Of a stretch of 64,000 nucleotides of DNA, positions 17,520-26,436 are shown piece after piece. Below the pieces are notes generated by a model. The model saw only the letters and a program-made list of their open reading frames with translations, was not told the DNA's origin and searched no databases. This DNA comes from an uncultured Oscillospiraceae bacterium (GTDB lineage: Bacteria; Bacillota; Clostridia; Oscillospirales; Oscillospiraceae), in the NCBI GenBank assembly GCA_964629755.1, contig CAZVSJ010000001.1, positions 6,817 to 70,816 on the forward strand. The letters run 5' to 3'. Every line of letters begins with the position of its first letter. The first letter of the stretch is position 1. Both the position numbers and the translations under genes were made by a program.

Positions 17520-20500
17520 ATGGAAAGAAAGCAACGGTTTTCCTGCCGCGGCATCTCCCGGCGCGTGCTGAGCCTTGCATTGGCGTTTGTCATGCTGCTC
17601 AGCCTCGCCTCCGGACTGCCCGGCACTCTGACGGCCAAGGCCGCAGAACCAGCAACGATCAGAGTAACAGACCTTGTGCAGGTCAAGATCGGCGATGCGC
17701 TGACCACGATGGAGCTGTACCAGGGTGGTATCTATGAGGCAGCCGTCTCCGTCAAGGCCGGCACCTCGACCGCGAGCGTGCTCGTCAACGGCGCCGAGAC
17801 GGCGCTGACGACCGAGATCACCGCCGAGGCAGACGGTCAGGTACGTCTCAGAGTTCGCGACGGCTATTTCTTCGTCGTCAACGTCGAGCCTGCCGCGCTG
17901 GTCGGCAACTTTTCGGACAAGAATATCCATTTTGCGGGTGAAAACGATACCGTTTTCGACCTGTGGTGGACACCGGAAGACCCCAACGGTGAGCTGAACT
18001 ATCTAGGCGGCGGTCTGTACGGCCGCACCTTCCGCCTGAGCGAGGCCACCACGGAGGATCAAGAGCTGGAATTCAAGGTCGCGTTCAACGATAAATGGGA
18101 CAAGGCGCTCGGCGACAACGGCGGCAACGTCAAAGTCACGCTTCCCGCCGGCTCCACCAGCTTCACGGTCCTGGCTGACGAGGCGCACTGGGTGCTCTAT
18201 GACAGCGTCCGCAGCGGCAGCTTCATGGTCGCGCAGAACGGCGGTGTCCAGCTTCCGAAGCCCGCCCTGACGACGACCATCAGCTTCATCGGTGACGCCC
18301 GCTGCAGCGGCGAGGACTGGGACGCAAGCGCAAGGGGCTATGAATTCACGCAGATCTCTGACACCCTGTTCCGCTATCAGAAGACCTTCGAGGCCGGCAC
18401 CTATAAGTATAAGTGCGTGTTCGATTACACCAACTGGTATGAGGCAGAGGGCGACCGCACCATCGCCCTGACCGAGAAGACCCACGTCGTGTTCCTCTAC
18501 GACACGGCCACGGGCAAGCTCTACGACACCGTGAACAACACCGCCTTTGTCGGCGAAGCGCTCGGGATGCAGGCGCCTCCCGCGGAGATGAAGGTCGTCG
18601 ACAACCTCAACGGCACGACCACCTTCGTCGCGACCGCCGAGGACGGCAAGAGCGTCAAGCTCAACTACTTCCACCGCGCAGAGCCGGCCAAGGTCACGAC
18701 CCTTGATCTCGGCAAGGCAAAGGAAGGCGCCGCCAGGAGCGAAGATCTCTTCCTCGGCGACGAGGCGCTGGACGTTCTGTACTGGTACGACATCGACGGC
18801 GTGCGCACGCTGGACAGCTCCAAGCCCACCGCCACCGTAGACGGCACGGAGTATTCCAACTATACCCGAGATGCCTTCAACGGCCGCCTGATCACCGTTC
18901 CCGGCACCTGGCCCGGCCCGAGCTGGGATCCGGCATCGAACGCGATGACCTATGCGGGCAACGGCCGCTACACCTACGTCTTCAAGGACGTTCCCGCAGG
19001 CAACTATCAGTATAAGATCGCAACGGGCGCCTGGGGCGAGAACTACGGCGTCGGCGGCGTGAAGGATGGCTCCAACATTCTCGTCTCCGTCCCCTTCGCG
19101 CAGGACGTCACGATCTACTACAGCGACTTCTCCCATTACGCGGCCTGCTCCGTGGACTATCTGCTCGTCGACGCCACCCTGAGCGGCACGGGCATCCCCG
19201 AGGGCACCAAGCTGACGGACGATAACCTCATCGGCATCTACACCGTCACCGTCCCGATGGCCGCCGGCACCTACACGGATGTCAAGATCACCTGCGAGGG
19301 CAGAGAATACACCTTTGACACTATCGAGCTGACCGACGCGAAGGAGGTCACCTTCTTCTTCGATCCCGTCACGGGCATCTACTACTGCAACGCCTCCGAC
19401 GTCGCGCTGGAGACGGAGCACATCTACTTCAACTCCAAGGACGCGGCCTATAAGAGCGTGTTCGGCGCTGTCGCCACCGGCGAAGAGGTCACCTTTGCCA
19501 TCAACACCGGCGCGGACGCCACCGCGGTCACGCTGGTCGTCAAGGGCATCAACGCCCGCAGCCTCCCGATGCAGAAGCAGGGCGAGGCGGTCGACGGCGT
19601 GCAGAAGTGGGCCGTCACCACGAGCTTTGACAAGCTGGGCGAAAGCTCCTACTACTTTGCCATCTCCAACGGCAGCTCGGTCAAGATCTATGCCGATGAC
19701 GACGGCTTCTACGGCGAAGGCACCGTGACCGACCTGACCAACATCAAGGCCTACGACATCGTGGTCTATCAGTCCGGCTTCGAGACGCCCGACTGGATGA
19801 AGAACGCGGTCGTCTATCAGATCTTCCCCGACCGCTTCTTTGACGGCGCAGAGTGCAACAACTTCGCGCAGCTCACCGCCCGCGGCGAGGTCGACTATGA
19901 ATACGTTACCGACTGGTATACCCTGCCCGAAAATCCCGAACAGGAGGCCCTCCTGAGTGAGGAAGCCTATAAGGCGACCGGCGCCTTCTACGGCGACGGT
20001 GAGTGGGCCAACGAGATCTACGGCGGCGACTTCAAGGGCATCGTTGAGCGCATCGACTACCTCAAGGCTCTCGGCGTCAACGTCATCTATCTCAACCCCG
20101 TCTTCTCCTCCATCTCCAACCACCGCTACGACGCGTGCGACTACACGAAGATCGACCCGATTCTCGGCACGATGGGCAGCTTTGAGGAGCTGGTCAAGGT
20201 CGCGGAGGAAAACGGGATGCACATCATCCTCGACGGCGTGTTCAACCACGTCTCCGACGATTCGATCTACTTCGACCGCTACTACAAGTTCCTCGGCACC
20301 TCCGAAAAGATCGGCGCATATCCCTACTGGGCCTATGTCTATGACTACATGGCCGAAAACGAGGTCGACCAGAAGGCTGCGGAAGCCGCAGCGAAGGAAT
20401 ACTTCGGCGCGGAATACGGCATCACCGACTACGCCTACACCGAATGGTTCGCCGTGAACAACAGCCCGCTGATCGACAACGACACCATGGAAGTGGTCGT

Positions 20501-22670
20501 TGACAACATCGGCCTGCGTGCCGGCAAGACCGTTTACGGCTACGAGGGCTGGTGGGGCTACGACAGCATGCCCGTCATTCTCTCGACCAATGGCTCGGAA
20601 TATCAGACCGGCAACTGGGCGCAGGAGATCATCTATAACGAGGACGGCACCAGCGTCACCCAGTTCTGGCTGAGCAAGGGCTCGGACGGCTGGCGTCTCG
20701 ACGTTGCCAACGAGGTCTCCGACGAGACCTGGCAGGAGTTCCGCAAGTCCGTCAAGGCGCTTGACAGCGACGCGGTCATCGTCGGCGAGATCTGGACCGA
20801 CGCGACCGAGTATCTGCTCGGCGATATGTACGACTCCGTCATGAACTATATGTTCCGCAACGCCGTGACCACCTTCGCCATGGGCGGAACGGCCGAGGAA
20901 TCGACCAAGGTGCTCGAGCGCCTGCGCGAGCGCTATCCCGAAGATGCGTTCTACGCGATGATGAACCTCGTCGGCTCGCACGACACCTCCCGCCTGCTGT
21001 CCTACCTGGACGGCATCGGCGACGACCGCAACGACAAGACCGTCGAGGGCGCGTTCCCGACCTATGAAAAGACCAGCGCGCTTGCAAAGCAGCGCCAGTA
21101 TCTGGTCGCGTTCCTGCAGTTCACCTATGCCGGCGCTCCCACCATCTACTACGGCGACGAGATCGGCATGGTCGGCGCGGACGACCCGGACGATCGCCGC
21201 GCCTTCACCTGGGGCAAGGGCGACGAGGGCATCGTCACCTGGTACGCGACGATGGCCGCTGTCCGCGCGCAGTATTCCGCCCTGCGCACCGGCTCCGTCG
21301 AGCCGTTCGCGGTCGATGACAACACCATGGCCTTTGTCCGCCGCGACGAGAGCGACGCGCTCATCGTGCTGGCGAACAACGCCCAGGAAGCAACGCAGAT
21401 CACCCTGAAGCCGGCTGACCTCGGCATCACCGCCGCCGCGCTGACGGACGTCCTCTCCGGCACGAAGTACACCGTTGCGGAAGACGGCACGCTCACCGTC
21501 ACCGTTCCCGCCCTGCGCGGCGTGATCCTGACCGAGAATGCCAAGAGCTTCACCGTCGATCAGGAGAACCTCAAGCCCGCATACGATCCTGCCTACATCG
21601 TCGAAGCGCGCGAGGCCGAGCCGGAGCTGACCCATGACGAGGTCAAGGTCGAGGGCAAGCCCGCCACCTGCACCGAGGCCGGTCTGACCGACGGCAGCTA
21701 CTGCGCCGACTGCGGCGCGATCGTCAAGGAACAGACGGTCATCGAGCCGCTCGGCCATGACTTCGGCGAGTGGACGACCGTGAAGGCGCCCACCTGCACC
21801 GAGAAGGGCAAGGAGCGCAGAGATTGCTCCCGCTGCGACGAATACGAAGAGAGAGAAATTGATGCTCTCGGCCACACGGAAGTCACTGACGAAGCGGTCG
21901 AGCCGACCTGTACGACGCCGGGCAAGACAGCAGGCAGCCATTGCGCCATCTGTGGCGAAGTGATCGTCGCGCAGCAGACTGTTGACGCGCTCGGCCATGA
22001 CTTCGGCGAGTGGACGACCGTGAAGGCGCCCACCTGCACCGAGAGGGGCCAGCAGGAGCGCGAATGCAGCCGCTGCCACGAGAAGGAGAAGCGCGAGCTT
22101 CCCGCGATCGAGTGTCCGTCCGAGGGCTTCACCGACATGGGCAACAAGGACGCGTGGTATCACGACTACATTGATACGATGATCACAAATGGCTGGATGA
22201 ACGGCATGGAGAACAACCGCTTCAACCCCGAAGCCGAGCTGACCCGTGCGCAGTTCGTGACCATCCTCTACCGCATCGCGGGTGAGCCGAGCGTTGCGGG
22301 CAAGACCGTCCACTACACGGACGTGGAAGCCAATACATGGTACACCGACGCCGTGATCTGGGCGACCGATCTCGGCATCGTCAACGGCATGTCCCTGACG
22401 ACCTTCGAGCCGGACACGAACATCAGCCGCGAGCAGATCGCCGTCATCCTCTACCGTGCGGCGGGTGAGCCGAAGCAGGAGAAGGATCTGACCGCCGGGT
22501 ATCCCGACGCGGACACGGTGTCCGCGTGGGCGAAGGACGCGATGAGCTGGGCGATCGCCGAAAAGATCATCGGCGGCTCCGACGGCAAGCTCCTGCCGCT
22601 GGACAACGCCTCCCGCGCCGAGGCCGCAGCCATCCTGCTGCGCATGGTCGCACTGACCGAGAAAAAGTAA
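17520..22670 (+). CDS. Secreted, SLH-anchored GH13 alpha-amylase/amylopullulanase with N-terminal carbohydrate-binding-like repeats
   Basis: Signal peptide; GH13 regions YQIFPDRF, DGVFNH, GWRLDVANE, GEIW, GSHD, YYGDE; Cys-rich repeats; three C-terminal SLH motifs. Confidence 0.93.
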   Translation: MERKQRFSCRGISRRVLSLALAFVMLLSLASGLPGTLTAKAAEPATIRVTDLVQVKIGDALTTMELYQGGIYEAAVSVKAGTSTASVLVNGAETALTTEITAEADGQVRLRVRDGYFFVVNVEPAALVGNFSDKNIHFAGENDTVFDLWWTPEDPNGELNYLGGGLYGRTFRLSEATTEDQELEFKVAFNDKWDKALGDNGGNVKVTLPAGSTSFTVLADEAHWVLYDSVRSGSFMVAQNGGVQLPKPALTTTISFIGDARCSGEDWDASARGYEFTQISDTLFRYQKTFEAGTYKYKCVFDYTNWYEAEGDRTIALTEKTHVVFLYDTATGKLYDTVNNTAFVGEALGMQAPPAEMKVVDNLNGTTTFVATAEDGKSVKLNYFHRAEPAKVTTLDLGKAKEGAARSEDLFLGDEALDVLYWYDIDGVRTLDSSKPTATVDGTEYSNYTRDAFNGRLITVPGTWPGPSWDPASNAMTYAGNGRYTYVFKDVPAGNYQYKIATGAWGENYGVGGVKDGSNILVSVPFAQDVTIYYSDFSHYAACSVDYLLVDATLSGTGIPEGTKLTDDNLIGIYTVTVPMAAGTYTDVKITCEGREYTFDTIELTDAKEVTFFFDPVTGIYYCNASDVALETEHIYFNSKDAAYKSVFGAVATGEEVTFAINTGADATAVTLVVKGINARSLPMQKQGEAVDGVQKWAVTTSFDKLGESSYYFAISNGSSVKIYADDDGFYGEGTVTDLTNIKAYDIVVYQSGFETPDWMKNAVVYQIFPDRFFDGAECNNFAQLTARGEVDYEYVTDWYTLPENPEQEALLSEEAYKATGAFYGDGEWANEIYGGDFKGIVERIDYLKALGVNVIYLNPVFSSISNHRYDACDYTKIDPILGTMGSFEELVKVAEENGMHIILDGVFNHVSDDSIYFDRYYKFLGTSEKIGAYPYWAYVYDYMAENEVDQKAAEAAAKEYFGAEYGITDYAYTEWFAVNNSPLIDNDTMEVVVDNIGLRAGKTVYGYEGWWGYDSMPVILSTNGSEYQTGNWAQEIIYNEDGTSVTQFWLSKGSDGWRLDVANEVSDETWQEFRKSVKALDSDAVIVGEIWTDATEYLLGDMYDSVMNYMFRNAVTTFAMGGTAEESTKVLERLRERYPEDAFYAMMNLVGSHDTSRLLSYLDGIGDDRNDKTVEGAFPTYEKTSALAKQRQYLVAFLQFTYAGAPTIYYGDEIGMVGADDPDDRRAFTWGKGDEGIVTWYATMAAVRAQYSALRTGSVEPFAVDDNTMAFVRRDESDALIVLANNAQEATQITLKPADLGITAAALTDVLSGTKYTVAEDGTLTVTVPALRGVILTENAKSFTVDQENLKPAYDPAYIVEAREAEPELTHDEVKVEGKPATCTEAGLTDGSYCADCGAIVKEQTVIEPLGHDFGEWTTVKAPTCTEKGKERRDCSRCDEYEEREIDALGHTEVTDEAVEPTCTTPGKTAGSHCAICGEVIVAQQTVDALGHDFGEWTTVKAPTCTERGQQERECSRCHEKEKRELPAIECPSEGFTDMGNKDAWYHDYIDTMITNGWMNGMENNRFNPEAELTRAQFVTILYRIAGEPSVAGKTVHYTDVEANTWYTDAVIWATDLGIVNGMSLTTFEPDTNISREQIAVILYRAAGEPKQEKDLTAGYPDADTVSAWAKDAMSWAIAEKIIGGSDGKLLPLDNASRAEAAAILLRMVALTEKK
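21748..22044 (+). repeat. 57-bp exact direct repeat (21748-21804 and 21988-22044) in the Cys-rich linker
   Basis: CGCTCGGCCATGACTTCGGCGAGTGGACGACCGTGAAGGCGCCCACCTGCACCGAGA occurs twice, 240 bp apart; encodes LGHDFGEWTTVKAPTCTE. Confidence 0.9.
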
Positions 22671-22686
22671 GCATACGTTAACGCAA

Positions 22687-22719
22687 AGGCATCCGACCGG
22701 TTCGCCGGTCGGATGTCTT
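22687..22719. terminator. Bidirectional terminator
   Basis: AAGGCATCCGACCGG-TTCG-CCGGTCGGATGTCTT between convergent genes. Confidence 0.8.
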
Positions 22720-22722
22720 GCT

Positions 22723-24543
22723 TTATATCAGGCGGAACAGCAGCGAAAGCAATGCGCAGAGAACCACGCCAAACGCCGTCGGCAGGAGTGCCGAGAGCGC
22801 CGTCCATTTCGCGCTGTGCGTCTCCTTGTGGATGGTGAGCAGGGTCGTCGTACACGGCCAGTGGAAGAGGAAAAACACGATCGTACACAGGGAAAGCTGC
22901 CACGTCCAGCCGCTCTGCGTCAGGATCTGCGCCATCTGCGCGGAGCTGCCGTCGCCGAGGCTCGTGCCGGCCGTCAGCGTCATGATAAGCACCGGCAGCA
23001 CCAGCTCGTTTGCCGGACTGCCCAGCAAAAAGGCCAGCAATATCGCGCCGTTCAGCCCGATCAGCTGTGCCGGACCGTCGAGCACGGCGGCAATCCCCTG
23101 CAAAAGCGGCGTTCCCGCCACGCGCACATTGGCCAGCAGCCAGATGACAAGCCCGGCGGGCGCGGCCACGGCCACGGCTCTTCCCAGCACGAAGAGCGTC
23201 CGGTCGCGGACGGAGCGCACAAGCACCTGCCAGACGCGGGGGCGGCGATAGGGCGGCAGCTCCATCACAAAGGCCGACGGTTCGCCCTTGAGCGCCGTCC
23301 TGCTCAGCAGCTTTGAGGCCGCAAGCGTCATCGCAACGGACAGCAGCACGCAGGCCGTCAGCGCCCCCGCACCGAGCAGGGACGAGCCGGAGGAAAAGCT
23401 CAGGCAGATGAGAAAGATCAGCGCGGGAAAGCGCCCGTTGCACGGCACGAAGGCGTTCGTCGCCACGGCGATCAGCCGCTCACGCGGCGAGTCGATGATG
23501 CGGCAGCCCGTCACGCCCGCCGCGTTGCAGCCGAGACCCATGCACAGCGTCAGCGACTGCTTGCCGCACGCGCCGGAGCGCCGGAAGCGCTCGTCGAGCA
23601 AAAACGCCGCGCGCGGCAGATAGCCGAAGTCCTCCAAAAGCGTAAACAGCGGGAAAAAGATCGCCATCGGCGGGAGCATGACGGAAACGACCCGCGCCGC
23701 TGTCGCATAGACCCCGTCAAGCAGCGCGCCGGAGAGCGCTTTGGGCAGTCCGATGCACTCAGCGCCCCTGCACAGTAGCTCTCCCAGCCGGTCAAAGCAC
23801 CATTGCAGGCCCTGCGAGGGGTAGTTTGCGCCCTCGATCGTCAGCCAGAACACGGCCAAAAGGAGCAGCAGCAAAGCGGCATAGCCCCAGACCCGGTGCA
23901 AAAGCACCGCGTCGAGGCGCTCCGTCTTCGACGCCTGCGGCGGTTTTTTACCCGAAACGCACCGAAGCGCGATTTCCTGCGCCTGCCGGACATAGCGACG
24001 CGCCGCCTCGTCCGTCGCCTCCCACGGCGGCACGTCGCGCGGCGTTGGGAGAAAGCCGTCGCAGAGCTGCCGCACCTTTTCCATCAGCTCCCCGATCCCC
24101 TCGCCGCTGTCGGCGCTCGTCGCGGCCACGGGCACGCCGAGCAGGCGTTCCAGCGCACGGACGTCGACCGTCAATCCCTCGCGCCGCGCCTCGTCCATAA
24201 GGTTGACGCACACCACCGTGCGCGGCTGCAACGAGAGAATTTGCAGCGCGAGGATCAGGCTCCGCTCCAGACACGTCGCGTCGCATACGACGACCGTACA
24301 GTCCGCGCCGCCCTCACGCAAAAACGCCTCGGCCACCTTTTCCTCAGGCGAACGGCTGACGAGCGAATACGCCCCCGGCAGGTCAACGATGTCATATTCC
24401 CTGCCCTTGTGCCTGCAAACGCCCTGCGCCAGCTCCACCGTCTTGCCGCACCAGTTGCCCGTGTGCTGCTCCAGCCCCGTCAGGGCGTTGAACAATGTAC
24501 TCTTCCCGACATTCGGGTTGCCCGCGAGGGCGATCAGCGGCAT
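22723..24543 (-). CDS. feoB: Second, shorter FeoB-family transporter
   Basis: GNPNVGKS, GNWCGKT, DLPG, NLMD; GLGCN, FVPCNGR, HWPC. Confidence 0.9.
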   Translation of the reverse strand: MPLIALAGNPNVGKSTLFNALTGLEQHTGNWCGKTVELAQGVCRHKGREYDIVDLPGAYSLVSRSPEEKVAEAFLREGGADCTVVVCDATCLERSLILALQILSLQPRTVVCVNLMDEARREGLTVDVRALERLLGVPVAATSADSGEGIGELMEKVRQLCDGFLPTPRDVPPWEATDEAARRYVRQAQEIALRCVSGKKPPQASKTERLDAVLLHRVWGYAALLLLLLAVFWLTIEGANYPSQGLQWCFDRLGELLCRGAECIGLPKALSGALLDGVYATAARVVSVMLPPMAIFFPLFTLLEDFGYLPRAAFLLDERFRRSGACGKQSLTLCMGLGCNAAGVTGCRIIDSPRERLIAVATNAFVPCNGRFPALIFLICLSFSSGSSLLGAGALTACVLLSVAMTLAASKLLSRTALKGEPSAFVMELPPYRRPRVWQVLVRSVRDRTLFVLGRAVAVAAPAGLVIWLLANVRVAGTPLLQGIAAVLDGPAQLIGLNGAILLAFLLGSPANELVLPVLIMTLTAGTSLGDGSSAQMAQILTQSGWTWQLSLCTIVFFLFHWPCTTTLLTIHKETHSAKWTALSALLPTAFGVVLCALLSLLFRLI

Positions 24544-24773
24544 CGCTCTGCCTCCACGCGGACAAGCGCCGCATCCTTCGTCCGCAGGGCAAGCCGCGTG
24601 CCGCGCACACGGTAGAGCTTCGGGCTGCCTGCCGGGCTGACGCGGAGGCAGACCACCTGCGTTCCCTCGATCAGGCCGAAGTCCAGCAGCCGCCTGCGCA
24701 GCTCGCCCGTCAGCTCCAGCGAGAGAACGCGGGCACGCTCTCCCTCGCGCAGCCGGTCCAACGTCATTTCCAT
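24534..24773 (-). CDS. feoA: FeoA-family protein
   Basis: RRRLLDFGLIEG...SPAGSP...RGTRLALR; ATG 24773 behind AAGGAGG. Confidence 0.9.
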   Translation of the reverse strand: MEMTLDRLREGERARVLSLELTGELRRRLLDFGLIEGTQVVCLRVSPAGSPKLYRVRGTRLALRTKDAALVRVEAERCR

Positions 24774-24905
24774 AGGAAAACCTCCTTTGTCCGGGCGCCC
24801 GGTCGCGGACGCCTGCTGATACAGTCTATACAGTGCGCGGTTGCTTTGTGCAACGGGCACATTTTCCGCCGCGTTTGCATAAAACATACGGAAGGAGGCT
24901 GACAT

Positions 24906-25958
24906 ATGGAATCTGTTTTTTATCTCGGCGCGTGTTCGCCGCAGGGCTTTGCCTCGCACTACGACTCGCTTCTGCGTGAGGGCTTGCAGCTCAACGTCAT
25001 CAAGGGCGGCTCCGGGTGCGGAAAATCCACCTTTATGCGCAGGATCGGCCGCGCCGCGCAGGAGCGCGGGCTGGACGTATCATATATTCTCTGCTCCTCC
25101 GATCCGGATTCCCTCGACGGCGTGGTGATCCCCGCATTGGAAACCGCATTCGTCGACGGCACCGCGCCCCATGTGCTCGAGCCGAGCCTGTGCGGCGGGA
25201 GTATGAATTATGTAAACTTCGGAGCATTCTATGACCGCGCAGCCATGCGTCAAAGCGAGGACGAGATCCGCGCCGTGCAGGCGCTGAACGCCGCGCAATA
25301 TCCCCATGTGACGGCCTGTCTCGCCGCCGCCGACAAGCTTCTGGACAGCGTCCGCGCCGTCACGGCGGCCGACACTTACACCGAGCAGACGGCGTCGCTG
25401 GCTGAATGCCTCGCGCTGTCCGTCCTGCGTCCCACCGGGGAAAGCCCGCGCACGGCGAAGCGATTCCTCTCCGCCGTCACGCCCAAGGGACTGCGCTTCT
25501 GCGTGCAGACACCTCCGGCGCTCTGCGCCCGCGTGTATGTGCTGCGCGACAACTATTTCCTCGCCCCGCGGCTTCTGGCGCGCCTGCTTGAGCTGGCGCA
25601 GACCGGCGGGCACGCGTGCATCGTCTGCCACAGTCCGCTCTTGCCGGAGGGTGCGCCGTCGCACCTGCTCATCCCGACGGCGGACGCCGCCTTTATCACG
25701 GAAACGCGGGACTTCCCCTATGACGGGCCGTGCTTCTGCCGCATCGACCTGGACGCCCTCGTGCCGCAGGAGACGCGGCGCAGCCTGACCTTCTGCGGTA
25801 AGACCGTGTCGTCTCTTTTGTACCAGGCGGCGGCGCATCTGCGCGAGGCGAAGCGCCAGCATGACCGCATCGAGGCGCTGTGCCGCCCGTTTGTCGATTT
25901 CGAAGCGGTGGACGACCTGACGCAGCGGACGATCCTCGACCTTTTCGGCGAAAAATAG
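24906..25958 (+). CDS. Conserved Firmicute P-loop NTPase (PRK06851-like)
   Basis: KGGSGCGKST, CSSDPDSLDG, DGTAPH; second internal repeat is degenerate. Confidence 0.8.
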   Translation: MESVFYLGACSPQGFASHYDSLLREGLQLNVIKGGSGCGKSTFMRRIGRAAQERGLDVSYILCSSDPDSLDGVVIPALETAFVDGTAPHVLEPSLCGGSMNYVNFGAFYDRAAMRQSEDEIRAVQALNAAQYPHVTACLAAADKLLDSVRAVTAADTYTEQTASLAECLALSVLRPTGESPRTAKRFLSAVTPKGLRFCVQTPPALCARVYVLRDNYFLAPRLLARLLELAQTGGHACIVCHSPLLPEGAPSHLLIPTADAAFITETRDFPYDGPCFCRIDLDALVPQETRRSLTFCGKTVSSLLYQAAAHLREAKRQHDRIEALCRPFVDFEAVDDLTQRTILDLFGEK

Positions 25959-26094
25959 TCTGAATTTATCGCAGATTTCGTCGATTTTACCGTTGTTTTT
26001 TGCGTGCAATGGTGCTAAGATAAGGGCGCAAAAATCAAGTTGTCTCTGAACAGACCAGCCGATTGATTCAGAGCTTCTTTAGGAGGTCTTATCG

Positions 26095-26436
26095 ATGAAA
26101 TTACTGATTATCGTTCTGAATAAGGTCGAATGTCTTGACAAGCTGCTGACGTCCTTCGGCAAGCAGCGCATCCCCGGCGCAACGATCCTTGACAGCAAGG
26201 GCATGGCGCAGGAGCTGGGCGAGCATGACGAGCTGCGCTTCCTCGGCTCGCTGCGGCTTTTGATGAATCCCGCGCACAAGGAGAACAAGACGATCTTCAT
26301 GGTCGTGCCGGACGAGAAGGTGGCCACGGTCAGCGCCATCGTCAACAAGGTCACGGGCGGCCTCGACCACCCCGACACCGGCATCCTCTTTACCGTGCCG
26401 ATCGACCATGTGGAGGGGATGAAGGCGCAGCTATGA
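26095..26436 (+). CDS. PII-like (GlnB superfamily) small regulatory protein
   Basis: GATILDSKGM and TGILFTVPI motifs; 113 aa; 4-nt overlap with the antiporter. Confidence 0.7.
   Translation: MKLLIIVLNKVECLDKLLTSFGKQRIPGATILDSKGMAQELGEHDELRFLGSLRLLMNPAHKENKTIFMVVPDEKVATVSAIVNKVTGGLDHPDTGILFTVPIDHVEGMKAQL

Noticed and set aside
21748-22044. Direct repeats as a possible CRISPR array
   Set aside because: Only two copies, 240 bp apart, in frame within a CDS; no cas genes
18003-22313. 1436-aa minus-strand ORF antisense to the amylopullulanase
   Set aside because: Shadow ORF expected from strong GC3 codon bias in a highly biased gene; V/G/D/A-rich with no motifs or RBS
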